A DNA stretch of 64,000 nt, from assembly GCF_036507355.1 (NCBI RefSeq), contig NZ_AP027877.1, one strand, 5' to 3'. Origin of the DNA: Escherichia coli (GTDB lineage: Bacteria; Pseudomonadota; Gammaproteobacteria; Enterobacterales; Enterobacteriaceae). Within the stretch, counting starts at the first letter, position 1. Every line of letters starts with the position of its first letter. Both the position numbers and the translations under genes were made by a program. The notes beneath the pieces are model-generated. The model was given only the letters and a program-made list of their open reading frames with translations. It had not been told where the DNA came from and did not search any database. Of the stretch, positions 1 through 8,884 are shown in pieces.

Positions 1-524
1 TTTAACGTTTTGAAACGATTATTTGTTTGGTTTTTTGAATTTGGTAAAAACAAACGGTTATAATTTTCAGGGAGTGCCAAATAGCTGAACTCGGTATTTG
101 CGATAAGATGTTGACAGAGGATAAATTCATAACTAACAGTTATTGTTTCTGTATCCAGTTGATTTTCAATGATCTGATGATGAATAGCCGATAAAAAAGC
201 GCCTCTTAGTTGTATATAATAATACTTTTCCCATCTGCCAAATCTATTGATTCTATAAAAGTCAAATCCCATAAATAATTGCTCATTATTGTTAATGGAA
301 TTAATAAGTAATGGAGTGCTTTTATCAATTAATTTACAAAATGTTATACCCTGTAACTGTGAACCAAGCCCCGTATTAGTAATGCTATTTGCGAGTGAGA
401 ATGTAAATATTTCATTCTCATGCCCGCTCTGCCAGCGATTACCTATAGATTCAGTAGTCCCACAACCTGCGGAGATGCTTCCTTGTTGTTCTCCCGTTAC
501 TGTCAGGTAAACAATATTACTCAT
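1..524 (-). CDS. yhhZ: Hcp-family (T6SS Hcp1-like) protein, N-terminal part only; start codon at 522-524, no stop before the window edge
   Basis: Manual minus-strand translation from ATG at 524 gives MSNIVYLTVTGEQQGSISAGCGTTESIGNRWQSGHENEIFTFSL...FYRINRFGRWEKYYYIQLRGAF..., open to position 1. Hcp-like motifs; K-12 synteny next to yhhY; strongly AT-rich. Absent from the ORF track because it has no in-window stop. Confidence 0.6.
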   Translation of the reverse strand, partial: MSNIVYLTVTGEQQGSISAGCGTTESIGNRWQSGHENEIFTFSLANSITNTGLGSQLQGITFCKLIDKSTPLLINSINNNEQLFMGFDFYRINRFGRWEKYYYIQLRGAFLSAIHHQIIENQLDTETITVSYEFILCQHLIANTEFSYLALPENYNRLFLPNSKNQTNNRFKTL

Positions 525-760
525 CCCTGAAAAGTCCTTTTATGGCATGCTATTTTATCAATGGCACTATTATGCTTGTTAATTGTTATTTATTTACTCC
601 AGGAAATTGTAGGCGTATATATTAAAAAATAAAATATTACACTTTAGGAAGTAATTATGAGGTAAATCTCAATATATTTATTGGGAAAATAAATATATTA
701 AAGGAAGGTATGCCGATTTTGAATGACACCCTTTTTCCATCTCAGAAAAAGGGCACTATC

Positions 761-1249
761 TTACTTCACCCGCGCCATATAATACGCATCGACATATTCA
801 CCATTACGCAATGCGTACTTCTTACCAGTCCCTTCAATTTCAAAGCCGTATTTTTTATAGACCTTAATTGCCGGGGCGTTATCGACAAACACGGTTAGTT
901 CAATGCGATCTACCCGCAACCAGTTGTCGCACATTTCAATCATCTCTCGCATAAGGGCGCTGGCGACGCCGCGATTCTTCCAACGGGAGTCGACACAGAT
1001 ACCAAAATCGGCAACATGACTGCGGCGTGGGCGCTGTTGCACGTCAATGGTGAGATGACCCACGACGTCTCCATCAATACAGGCGACGAGTTGCTTGATG
1101 CCGGGACGATCGGCGAGTCGCTCCTGCCACATATGATCGGAAGGATGAGGCACCTGTAGTGTGTTGTAATACACCTCCGGCTGGGCGTGAATCTGCCTGA
1201 TGGCCTCGTAATCGCGCGTTTCAGCATGGCGTATCACTATCTCACTCAT
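761..1249 (-). CDS. yhhY: GNAT-family N-acetyltransferase (162 aa)
   Basis: ORF 761..1327; internal Met (MSEIVIRHAETRDYEAIRQIH...) at 1249 matches the remembered YhhY N-terminus; synteny. Confidence 0.85.
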   Translation of the reverse strand: MSEIVIRHAETRDYEAIRQIHAQPEVYYNTLQVPHPSDHMWQERLADRPGIKQLVACIDGDVVGHLTIDVQQRPRRSHVADFGICVDSRWKNRGVASALMREMIEMCDNWLRVDRIELTVFVDNAPAIKVYKKYGFEIEGTGKKYALRNGEYVDAYYMARVK

Positions 1250-1333
1250 TCCTTTGTCCTCTTTGGGGGAAATGTCCCTTTCAACATCATTGACTTTCGA
1301 ATGCGAGTCAAATGCATTTTTTTGCAAAAAGTG

Positions 1334-1370
1334 TTGGACAAGTGCGAATGAGAATGATTATTATTGTCTC
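1334..1370 (+). promoter_or_regulatory. ryhB promoter with overlapping Fur box (gaatgagaatgattattattgtc)
   Basis: Fur-box-like AT-rich 19-mer immediately upstream of the RyhB 5' end; -10-like tattat at 1359-1364. Confidence 0.65.
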
Positions 1371-1460
1371 GCGATCAGGAAGACCCTCGCGGAGAACCTG
1401 AAAGCACGACATTGCTCACATTGCTTCCAGTATTACTTAGCCAGCCGGGTGCTGGCTTTT
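1371..1460 (+). ncRNA. ryhB: RyhB small RNA (Fur-repressed iron-sparing sRNA) with intrinsic terminator at its 3' end
   Basis: Sequence gcgatcaggaagaccctcgcggagaacctgaaagcacgacattgctcacattgcttccagtattacttagccagccgggtgctggcttttttttt matches the remembered RyhB sequence; lies between yhhY and yhhX as in K-12. Confidence 0.9.
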
Positions 1461-1582
1461 TTTTTTGATCTTTCGTTCTCAATTTATCCACGGGAGTGCT
1501 TGTGTTCGTTATGCGCACTCCAGTAGGAACCACGCCCGCTTTGCGCTAAGGTGTAAATAACCACCTTAAAAAGGACGAAATT

Positions 1583-2620
1583 ATGGTCATCAACTGCGCC
1601 TTTATTGGCTTCGGCAAAAGCACCACCCGTTACCATCTGCCGTATGTACTTAACCGCAAGGATAGCTGGCATGTCGCGCATATTTTTCGTCGCCATGCGA
1701 AGCCGGAAGAACAGGCTCCCATTTATTCCCATATCCATTTCACCAGCGATCTCGACGAAGTGCTAAACGATCCCGATGTTAAGCTGGTTGTTGTCTGCAC
1801 CCATGCGGATAGCCACTTCGAGTACGCGAAGCGCGCGCTGGAAGCCGGGAAAAATGTGCTGGTCGAAAAACCGTTCACTCCGACGCTTGCGCAGGCGAAA
1901 GAGCTGTTTGCTCTGGCGAAAAGTAAAGGGCTGACCGTCACGCCATATCAGAATCGTCGCTTTGATTCCTGCTTCCTGACGGCGAAAAAAGCGATTGAAA
2001 GCGGCAAGCTGGGAGAGATTGTCGAAGTGGAAAGCCATTTTGACTATTACCGCCCGGTGGCAGAAACCAAACCTGGGCTGCCGCAGGATGGCGCGTTCTA
2101 TGGCCTTGGTGTGCATACGATGGACCAGATTATTTCTCTATTCGGTCGCCCGGATCACGTCGCTTATGACATCCGCAGCCTGCGCAATAAAGCCAATCCT
2201 GACGATACTTTCGAAGCGCAACTGTTTTATGGCGATCTAAAAGCCATCGTCAAAACCAGCCATCTGGTGAAAATCGATTATCCGAAATTTATCGTTCACG
2301 GTAAGAAAGGTTCGTTTATTAAATACGGTATCGACCAGCAGGAAACCAGCCTGAAGGCTAATATTATGCCGGGCGAACCGGGATTCGCAGCGGATGATTC
2401 GGTCGGTGTGCTGGAGTATGTCAATGACGAGGGCGTGACGGTCAGAGAAGAGATGAAGCCGGAGATGGGCGATTACGGGCGCGTTTATGATGCGTTGTAT
2501 CAAACCATCACCCACGGTGCGCCAAATTACGTCAAGGAATCTGAAGTTCTTACGAATCTGGAAATCCTTGAACGCGGATTCGAGCAAGCCTCTCCCTCCA
2601 CAGTGATTCTCGCGAAGTAA
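1583..2620 (+). CDS. yhhX: Gfo/Idh/MocA-family NAD(P)-dependent oxidoreductase
   Basis: 345-aa ORF with an N-terminal Rossmann region; synteny. Confidence 0.85.
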   Translation: MVINCAFIGFGKSTTRYHLPYVLNRKDSWHVAHIFRRHAKPEEQAPIYSHIHFTSDLDEVLNDPDVKLVVVCTHADSHFEYAKRALEAGKNVLVEKPFTPTLAQAKELFALAKSKGLTVTPYQNRRFDSCFLTAKKAIESGKLGEIVEVESHFDYYRPVAETKPGLPQDGAFYGLGVHTMDQIISLFGRPDHVAYDIRSLRNKANPDDTFEAQLFYGDLKAIVKTSHLVKIDYPKFIVHGKKGSFIKYGIDQQETSLKANIMPGEPGFAADDSVGVLEYVNDEGVTVREEMKPEMGDYGRVYDALYQTITHGAPNYVKESEVLTNLEILERGFEQASPSTVILAK

Positions 2621-2742
2621 GTTTGATGGCCCCTCGAATAGTTCAATTTTTTTGAACAGAGGGGTCAATTTTCACCCTCTATCATCCCAGGCAGATCGGG
2701 TCCACACTAAGCCCATCGAAATCATTCAGGGGGCGAATACAA

Positions 2743-3438
2743 ATGATCTACTTACGCAAAGCAAATGAACGTGGTCATGCAAATCATGGCTGGCTGGACT
2801 CCTGGCATACTTTCTCTTTTGCCAACTATTACGATCCGAACTTTATGGGCTTCTCCGCGCTGCGCGTGATTAACGACGACGTGATTGAAGCAGGGCAGGG
2901 CTTCGGCACTCACCCGCATAAAGATATGGAAATTTTGACCTACGTGCTGGAAGGTACTGTTGAGCACCAGGACAGCATGGGCAATAAAGAGCAGGTTCCG
3001 GCGGGTGAGTTCCAGATTATGAGTGCTGGTACGGGTATTCGTCACTCAGAGTACAACCCAAGCAGCACCGAGCGTCTGCATCTGTATCAGATCTGGATCA
3101 TGCCTGAAGAAAACGGTATTACGCCGCGTTATGAACAGCGTCGCTTCGATGCCGTACAGGGCAAACAGCTGGTGCTCTCGCCGGATGCGCGAGATGGTTC
3201 ATTGAAAGTGCACCAGGATATGGAACTGTACCGCTGGGCGTTGCTGAAAGATGAGCAGTCGGTGCATCAGATTGCCGCTGAACGCCGCGTCTGGATCCAG
3301 GTGGTGAAAGGCAATGTCACCATTAACGGCGTGAAAGCCTCGACCAGCGATGGTCTGGCAATCTGGGATGAGCAGGCAATCTCCATCCATGCGGATAGCG
3401 ACAGCGAAGTGTTACTGTTCGATCTGCCGCCGGTTTAA
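2743..3438 (+). CDS. yhhW: Pirin-like cupin (quercetin 2,3-dioxygenase)
   Basis: 231-aa ORF; cupin His motifs (HPHKDMEILTYVLEG); synteny. Confidence 0.85.
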   Translation: MIYLRKANERGHANHGWLDSWHTFSFANYYDPNFMGFSALRVINDDVIEAGQGFGTHPHKDMEILTYVLEGTVEHQDSMGNKEQVPAGEFQIMSAGTGIRHSEYNPSSTERLHLYQIWIMPEENGITPRYEQRRFDAVQGKQLVLSPDARDGSLKVHQDMELYRWALLKDEQSVHQIAAERRVWIQVVKGNVTINGVKASTSDGLAIWDEQAISIHADSDSEVLLFDLPPV

Positions 3439-3661
3439 AGCTCAACGGCATCTTTGAAGCCTGCCTTTTTGCAGGCTTCCTCGCTCGCTCCGGTCGCGTG
3501 CTGATGTACGCTTCCGGGGGGTTGCCGCGTCGTTAGCACAATGCGATACAATTGATTTAGTGTATATCTAATAATTGTAAACAAGCACTGTTTTCCCCGG
3601 GAAGGTTCTGATGCGTCCGTGTTAAACTAAGAGAATCTATCTCTTTTGTACCTTCAGGACG

Positions 3662-4657
3662 ATGAAAAAGAAAAGACCCGTACTTCAGGATGTGGCTGAC
3701 CGTGTAGGCGTGACCAAAATGACGGTCAGCCGTTTTTTACGCAACCCGGAGCAGGTTTCCGTCGCTCTACGCGGCAAGATTGCCGCGGCTCTTGATGAAC
3801 TGGGCTATATTCCCAATCGTGCGCCCGATATCCTCTCTAACGCCACCAGCCGGGCGATTGGCGTCCTGTTACCTTCTCTCACCAACCAGGTTTTCGCGGA
3901 AGTATTACGCGGAATCGAAAGCGTCACCGACGCGCACGGTTATCAGACCATGCTGGCGCACTACGGTTATAAACCGGAAATGGAGCAAGAACGCCTCGAA
4001 TCCATGCTCTCCTGGAATATCGACGGACTTATCCTCACCGAACGTACGCACACGCCGCGCACCTTAAAGATGATTGAAGTGGCGGGGATCCCGGTGGTGG
4101 AGTTGATGGACAGCCAGTCGCCGTGTCTCGATATCGCCGTCGGTTTTGATAACTTTGAAGCGGCACGCCAGATGACCACAGCCATTATTGCTCGCGGGCA
4201 TCGCCACATTGCCTATCTCGGCGCACGTCTCGACGAACGTACTATCATCAAACAGAAGGGATACGAACAGGCGATGCTGGATGCAGGCCTGGTGCCATAT
4301 AGCGTGATGGTTGAGCAATCTTCTTCTTACTCTTCCGGTATTGAACTGATTCGCCAGGCACGGCGGGAATATCCGCAGCTGGATGGCGTGTTCTGTACTA
4401 ATGATGATCTGGCGGTCGGCGCGGCGTTTGAATGTCAGCGTCTGGGGTTGAAAGTTCCTGACGATATGGCGATTGCCGGTTTCCACGGTCATGACATTGG
4501 CCAGGTGATGGAGCCACGGTTGGCGAGCGTGCTGACGCCGCGTGAGCGGATGGGCAGTATTGGCGCTGAACGCCTGCTGGCGCGTATTCGTGGCGAATCT
4601 GTGACACCGAAAATGTTAGATTTAGGTTTCACCTTGTCACCGGGCGGATCTATTTAA
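3662..4657 (+). CDS. gntR: LacI-family gluconate repressor
   Basis: 331-aa ORF; N-terminal HTH (VTKMTVSRFLRNP); synteny with gntKU. Confidence 0.9.
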   Translation: MKKKRPVLQDVADRVGVTKMTVSRFLRNPEQVSVALRGKIAAALDELGYIPNRAPDILSNATSRAIGVLLPSLTNQVFAEVLRGIESVTDAHGYQTMLAHYGYKPEMEQERLESMLSWNIDGLILTERTHTPRTLKMIEVAGIPVVELMDSQSPCLDIAVGFDNFEAARQMTTAIIARGHRHIAYLGARLDERTIIKQKGYEQAMLDAGLVPYSVMVEQSSSYSSGIELIRQARREYPQLDGVFCTNDDLAVGAAFECQRLGLKVPDDMAIAGFHGHDIGQVMEPRLASVLTPRERMGSIGAERLLARIRGESVTPKMLDLGFTLSPGGSI

Positions 4658-4736
4658 GCCCACAAATTTGAAGTAGCTCACACTTATACACTTAAGGCAC
4701 GGATGGATATTGCTTCTGATATTGTCCGGTCGGACA

Positions 4737-4765
4737 ATGTTACCGATAACAGTTACCCGTAACAT
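4737..4765 (+). promoter_or_regulatory. GntR operator pair in the gntKU promoter (atgttaccgataacagttacccgtaacat)
   Basis: Overlapping ATGTTAC...GTAACAT palindromes just upstream of gntK. Confidence 0.7.
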
Positions 4766-4795
4766 TTTTAATTCTTGTATTGTGGGGGCACCACT

Positions 4796-5323
4796 TTGAG
4801 CACGACTAACCATGATCACCACATTTACGTCTTGATGGGCGTATCGGGCAGCGGCAAATCTGCGGTCGCCAGTGAAGTGGCGCATCAACTTCATGCCGCG
4901 TTTCTTGATGGCGATTTCCTCCATCCACGGCGCAATATCGAAAAAATGGCGTCTGGCGAACCACTGAATGACGACGATCGCAAACCGTGGTTGCAGGCGC
5001 TGAACGACGCCGCGTTTGCTATGCAGCGCACTAATAAAGTGTCGCTGATCGTCTGTTCTGCATTGAAAAAACACTATCGCGACTTGCTGCGTGAAGGTAA
5101 TCCGAATCTCTCTTTCATCTACCTGAAAGGCGATTTTGATGTGATTGAAAGCCGCCTGAAAGCGCGCAAAGGCCATTTCTTTAAAACCCAAATGTTGGTA
5201 ACGCAGTTTGAAACGCTGCAGGAGCCGGGTGCGGACGAAACCGATGTACTGGTGGTAGATATCGATCAACCGCTGGAAGGTGTTGTGGCAAGCACCATTG
5301 AGGTTATTAAAAAAGGCAAATAA
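4796..5323 (+). CDS. gntK: Gluconokinase (thermoresistant); TTG start
   Basis: Matches the remembered GntK MSTTNHDHHIYVLMGVSGSGKS...; P-loop; TTG at 4796. Confidence 0.85.
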   Translation: MSTTNHDHHIYVLMGVSGSGKSAVASEVAHQLHAAFLDGDFLHPRRNIEKMASGEPLNDDDRKPWLQALNDAAFAMQRTNKVSLIVCSALKKHYRDLLREGNPNLSFIYLKGDFDVIESRLKARKGHFFKTQMLVTQFETLQEPGADETDVLVVDIDQPLEGVVASTIEVIKKGK

Positions 5324-5326
5324 GTA

Positions 5327-6667
5327 GTGACTACATTAACGCTTGTTTTAACAGCAGTAGGGTCTGTTTTACTGCTGCTGTTTTTAGTCATGAAGGCGCG
5401 TATGCACGCTTTCCTGGCTTTGATGGTGGTGTCCATGGGGGCTGGCCTTTTTTCTGGTATGCCGCTCGATAAAATCGCAGCGACGATGGAAAAAGGGATG
5501 GGAGGCACCCTCGGCTTCCTGGCGGTGGTTGTCGCCCTGGGAGCCATGTTTGGCAAGATCTTACATGAAACCGGCGCAGTCGATCAGATTGCCGTCAAAA
5601 TGCTCAAATCCTTCGGTCACAGCCGCGCGCATTATGCCATCGGCCTTGCGGGGCTGGTCTGTGCGCTACCGCTGTTCTTTGAAGTGGCGATTGTTCTGCT
5701 GATTAGCGTTGCTTTCTCAATGGCGCGCCACACCGGTACGAACCTGGTGAAGCTGGTAATCCCATTATTCGCAGGCGTGGCGGCAGCGGCGGCGTTCCTG
5801 GTGCCAGGGCCAGCGCCAATGCTGCTGGCATCGCAGATGAACGCCGATTTTGGCTGGATGATCCTGATTGGCCTGTGTGCGGCAATTCCGGGAATGATTA
5901 TTGCCGGGCCGCTGTGGGGTAACTTCATCAGCCGTTACGTTGAGCTGCATATTCCTGACGACATCAGCGAGCCGCATCTCGGCGAAGGCAAAATGCCGTC
6001 CTTCGGATTCAGCCTGTCGCTGATCCTGCTGCCGCTGGTGCTGGTGGGGCTGAAAACCATTGCCGCGCGTTTTGTGCCGGAAGGCTCTACCGCTTACGAA
6101 TGGTTCGAGTTTATTGGTCATCCGTTTACCGCGATTCTGGTTGCTTGTCTGGTAGCGATTTATGGCCTGGCAATGCGTCAGGGCATGCCAAAAGACAAAG
6201 TGATGGAGATTTGCGGTCACGCGCTGCAACCGGCGGGGATCATTCTGCTGGTGATTGGTGCGGGCGGCGTGTTCAAACAGGTGCTGGTTGACTCTGGCGT
6301 AGGTCCGGCACTGGGCGAAGCGTTAACCGGCATGGGCCTGCCGATTGCTATCACCTGCTTCGTGCTGGCCGCTGCAGTGCGCATCATTCAGGGGTCTGCC
6401 ACCGTTGCCTGTTTAACGGCGGTGGGGCTGGTGATGCCGGTCATTGAACAACTGAACTATTCCGGTGCGCAAATGGCGGCGCTGTCGATTTGTATCGCCG
6501 GTGGTTCAATTGTTGTCAGCCACGTTAACGATGCCGGTTTCTGGTTGTTCGGTAAATTTACCGGCGCGACCGAAGCCGAAACGCTGAAAACCTGGACCAT
6601 GATGGAAACCATCCTCGGCACTGTCGGTGCCATCGTTGGGATGATTGCGTTCCAGCTGTTGAGTTAA
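5327..6667 (+). CDS. gntU: Low-affinity gluconate:H+ symporter (GntP family)
   Basis: 446-aa polytopic ORF immediately after gntK. Confidence 0.9.
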   Translation: MTTLTLVLTAVGSVLLLLFLVMKARMHAFLALMVVSMGAGLFSGMPLDKIAATMEKGMGGTLGFLAVVVALGAMFGKILHETGAVDQIAVKMLKSFGHSRAHYAIGLAGLVCALPLFFEVAIVLLISVAFSMARHTGTNLVKLVIPLFAGVAAAAAFLVPGPAPMLLASQMNADFGWMILIGLCAAIPGMIIAGPLWGNFISRYVELHIPDDISEPHLGEGKMPSFGFSLSLILLPLVLVGLKTIAARFVPEGSTAYEWFEFIGHPFTAILVACLVAIYGLAMRQGMPKDKVMEICGHALQPAGIILLVIGAGGVFKQVLVDSGVGPALGEALTGMGLPIAITCFVLAAAVRIIQGSATVACLTAVGLVMPVIEQLNYSGAQMAALSICIAGGSIVVSHVNDAGFWLFGKFTGATEAETLKTWTMMETILGTVGAIVGMIAFQLLS

Positions 6668-6676
6668 GTTTGTTCG

Positions 6677-6707
6677 CCCGGTAGTTGTGACGCTACCGGG
6701 CTCTTTT
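6677..6707. terminator. Stem-loop (cccggtag / ctaccggg) plus T-tract between convergent gntU and yhgN
   Basis: Inverted repeat followed by ctcttttcg. Confidence 0.55.
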
Positions 6708-6723
6708 CGAAAAACTCTCCTCG

Positions 6724-7317
6724 TTACCCCTTCATCCACATTCGAATGCCGTCGAGGAACATCTGGGTTGCCATCATCACCAGAATCAATCCCATCAGGC
6801 GTTCAAGTGCGTTCACCCCTTTCTCGCCCAGCAGACGTAAAAATAGCGAAGACTGTAGCAGGATGACAAAGGTGCCGCCCCAGGCCAGCAGCAGAGCAAT
6901 CACCAGATGTCCCATCTGATTCGGGTACTGATGAGACAACAACATCAGCGTGGCGAGAATAGTTGGCCCGGCGACCAGCGGAATTGCCAGCGGCACGATA
7001 AATGGCTCTTCACCTGCCGGAAGCCCGCTGCTATTTCCTGAAGCGCTGGGGAAAATCATCTTAATGGCAATTAGAAACAGAATGATGCCGCCAGAAATGG
7101 AGACGGTTTCTGCTCGTAGGCTGAGAAATGCCAGAATTTTCTCACCCGCAAACAGGAACACCAGCATCACCAGGAGAGCAATAAGCAACTCTCGCACCAT
7201 GATTGCCCGCCGTCTTTTCGGTTCAGTATGTTTCAGTACGGACATGAAAATAGGTAGGTTTCCGAGCGGATCCATAATCAGGATCAATAAAACTGCTGCA
7301 GAAATGATTTCATTCAT
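6724..7317 (-). CDS. yhgN: MarC-family (UPF0056) inner membrane protein
   Basis: 197-aa hydrophobic ORF; synteny. Confidence 0.85.
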   Translation of the reverse strand: MNEIISAAVLLILIMDPLGNLPIFMSVLKHTEPKRRRAIMVRELLIALLVMLVFLFAGEKILAFLSLRAETVSISGGIILFLIAIKMIFPSASGNSSGLPAGEEPFIVPLAIPLVAGPTILATLMLLSHQYPNQMGHLVIALLLAWGGTFVILLQSSLFLRLLGEKGVNALERLMGLILVMMATQMFLDGIRMWMKG

Positions 7318-7508
7318 AACTCAAATTCCCTGATAATTGCCGCGGACTTTCTGCGTGCTAACAAAGCAGGATAAGTCGCATTACTGATGGCTTCGCTATC
7401 ATTGATTAATTTCACTTGCGACTTTGGCTGCTTTTTGTATGGTGAAAGATGTGCCAAGAGGAGACCGGCACATTTATACAGCACACATCTTTGCAGGAAA
7501 AAACGCTT

Positions 7509-8612
7509 ATGAAAAATGTTGGTTTTATCGGCTGGCGCGGTATGGTCGGCTCCGTTCTCATGCAACGCATGGTTGAAGAGCGCGACTTCGACGCCATTCG
7601 CCCTGTCTTCTTTTCTACTTCTCAGCTTGGTCAGGCTGCGCCGTCTTTTGGCGGAACCACTGGCACACTTCAGGATGCCTTTGATCTGGAGGCGCTAAAG
7701 GCCCTCGATATCATTGTGACCTGTCAGGGCGGCGATTATACCAACGAAATCTATTCAAAGCTTCGTGAAAGCGGATGGCAGGGTTACTGGATTGACGCAG
7801 CATCGTCTCTGCGCATGAAAGATGACGCCATCATCATTCTTGACCCCGTCAATCAGGACGTCATTACCGACGGATTAAATAATGGCATCAGGACTTTTGT
7901 TGGCGGTAACTGTACCGTAAGCCTGATGTTGATGTCGTTGGGTGGTTTATTCGCCAATGATCTTGTTGATTGGGTGTCCGTTGCAACCTACCAGGCCGCT
8001 TCCGGCGGTGGTGCGCGACATATGCGTGAGTTATTAACCCAGATGGGCCATCTGTATGGCCATGTAGCAGATGAACTCGCGACCCCGTCCTCTGCTATTC
8101 TCGATATCGAACGCAAAGTCACAACCTTAACCCGTAGCGGTGAGCTGCCGGTGGATAACTTTGGCGTGCCGCTGGCAGGTAGCCTGATTCCGTGGATCGA
8201 CAAACAGCTCGATAACGGTCAGAGCCGCGAAGAGTGGAAAGGGCAGGCGGAAACCAACAAGATCCTCAACACATCTTCCGTAATTCCGGTAGATGGTTTA
8301 TGTGTGCGTGTCGGGGCATTGCGCTGCCACAGCCAGGCATTCACTATTAAATTGAAAAAAGATGTGTCTATTCCGACCGTGGAAGAACTGCTGGCTGCGC
8401 ACAATCCGTGGGCGAAAGTCGTTCCGAACGATCGGGAAATCACTATGCGTGAGCTAACCCCAGCTGCCGTTACCGGCACGCTGACCACGCCGGTAGGCCG
8501 CCTGCGTAAGCTGAATATGGGACCAGAGTTCCTGTCAGCCTTTACCGTGGGCGACCAGCTGCTGTGGGGGGCCGCGGAGCCGCTGCGTCGGATGCTTCGT
8601 CAACTGGCGTAA
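7509..8612 (+). CDS. asd: Aspartate-semialdehyde dehydrogenase
   Basis: Matches remembered Asd [21 protein letters not shown]...; the ORF-track start at 7449 is an upstream in-frame extension. Confidence 0.9.
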
Positions 8613-8884
8613 TCTTTATTCATTAAATCTGGGGCGCGATGCCGCCCCTGTTAGTGCGTAATACAGGAGTAAGCGCAGATGTTTCATGATTTACCGGGAG
8701 TTAAATAGAGCATTGGCTATTCTTTAAGGGTGGCTGAATACATGAGTATTCACAGCCTTACCTGAAGTGAGGACGACGCAGAGAGGATGCACAGAGTGCT
8801 GCGCCGTTCAGGTCAAAAAAATGTCACAACCAGAAGTCAAAAATCCAATTGGATGGGGTGACACAATAAAACAGGAAGACAAGC

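Noticed and set aside
289-510. 73-aa plus-strand ORF at the window start
   Set aside because: Lies antisense to the Hcp-like yhhZ gene, which explains the region better.
1254-1526. 90-aa plus-strand ORF between yhhY and yhhX
   Set aside because: Overlaps the ryhB sRNA and its terminator; a non-coding locus.
8631-8652. Hairpin ggggcgcgatgccgcccc after asd as an intrinsic terminator
   Set aside because: A GC-rich palindrome is present but there is no convincing downstream T-tract; left uncalled.
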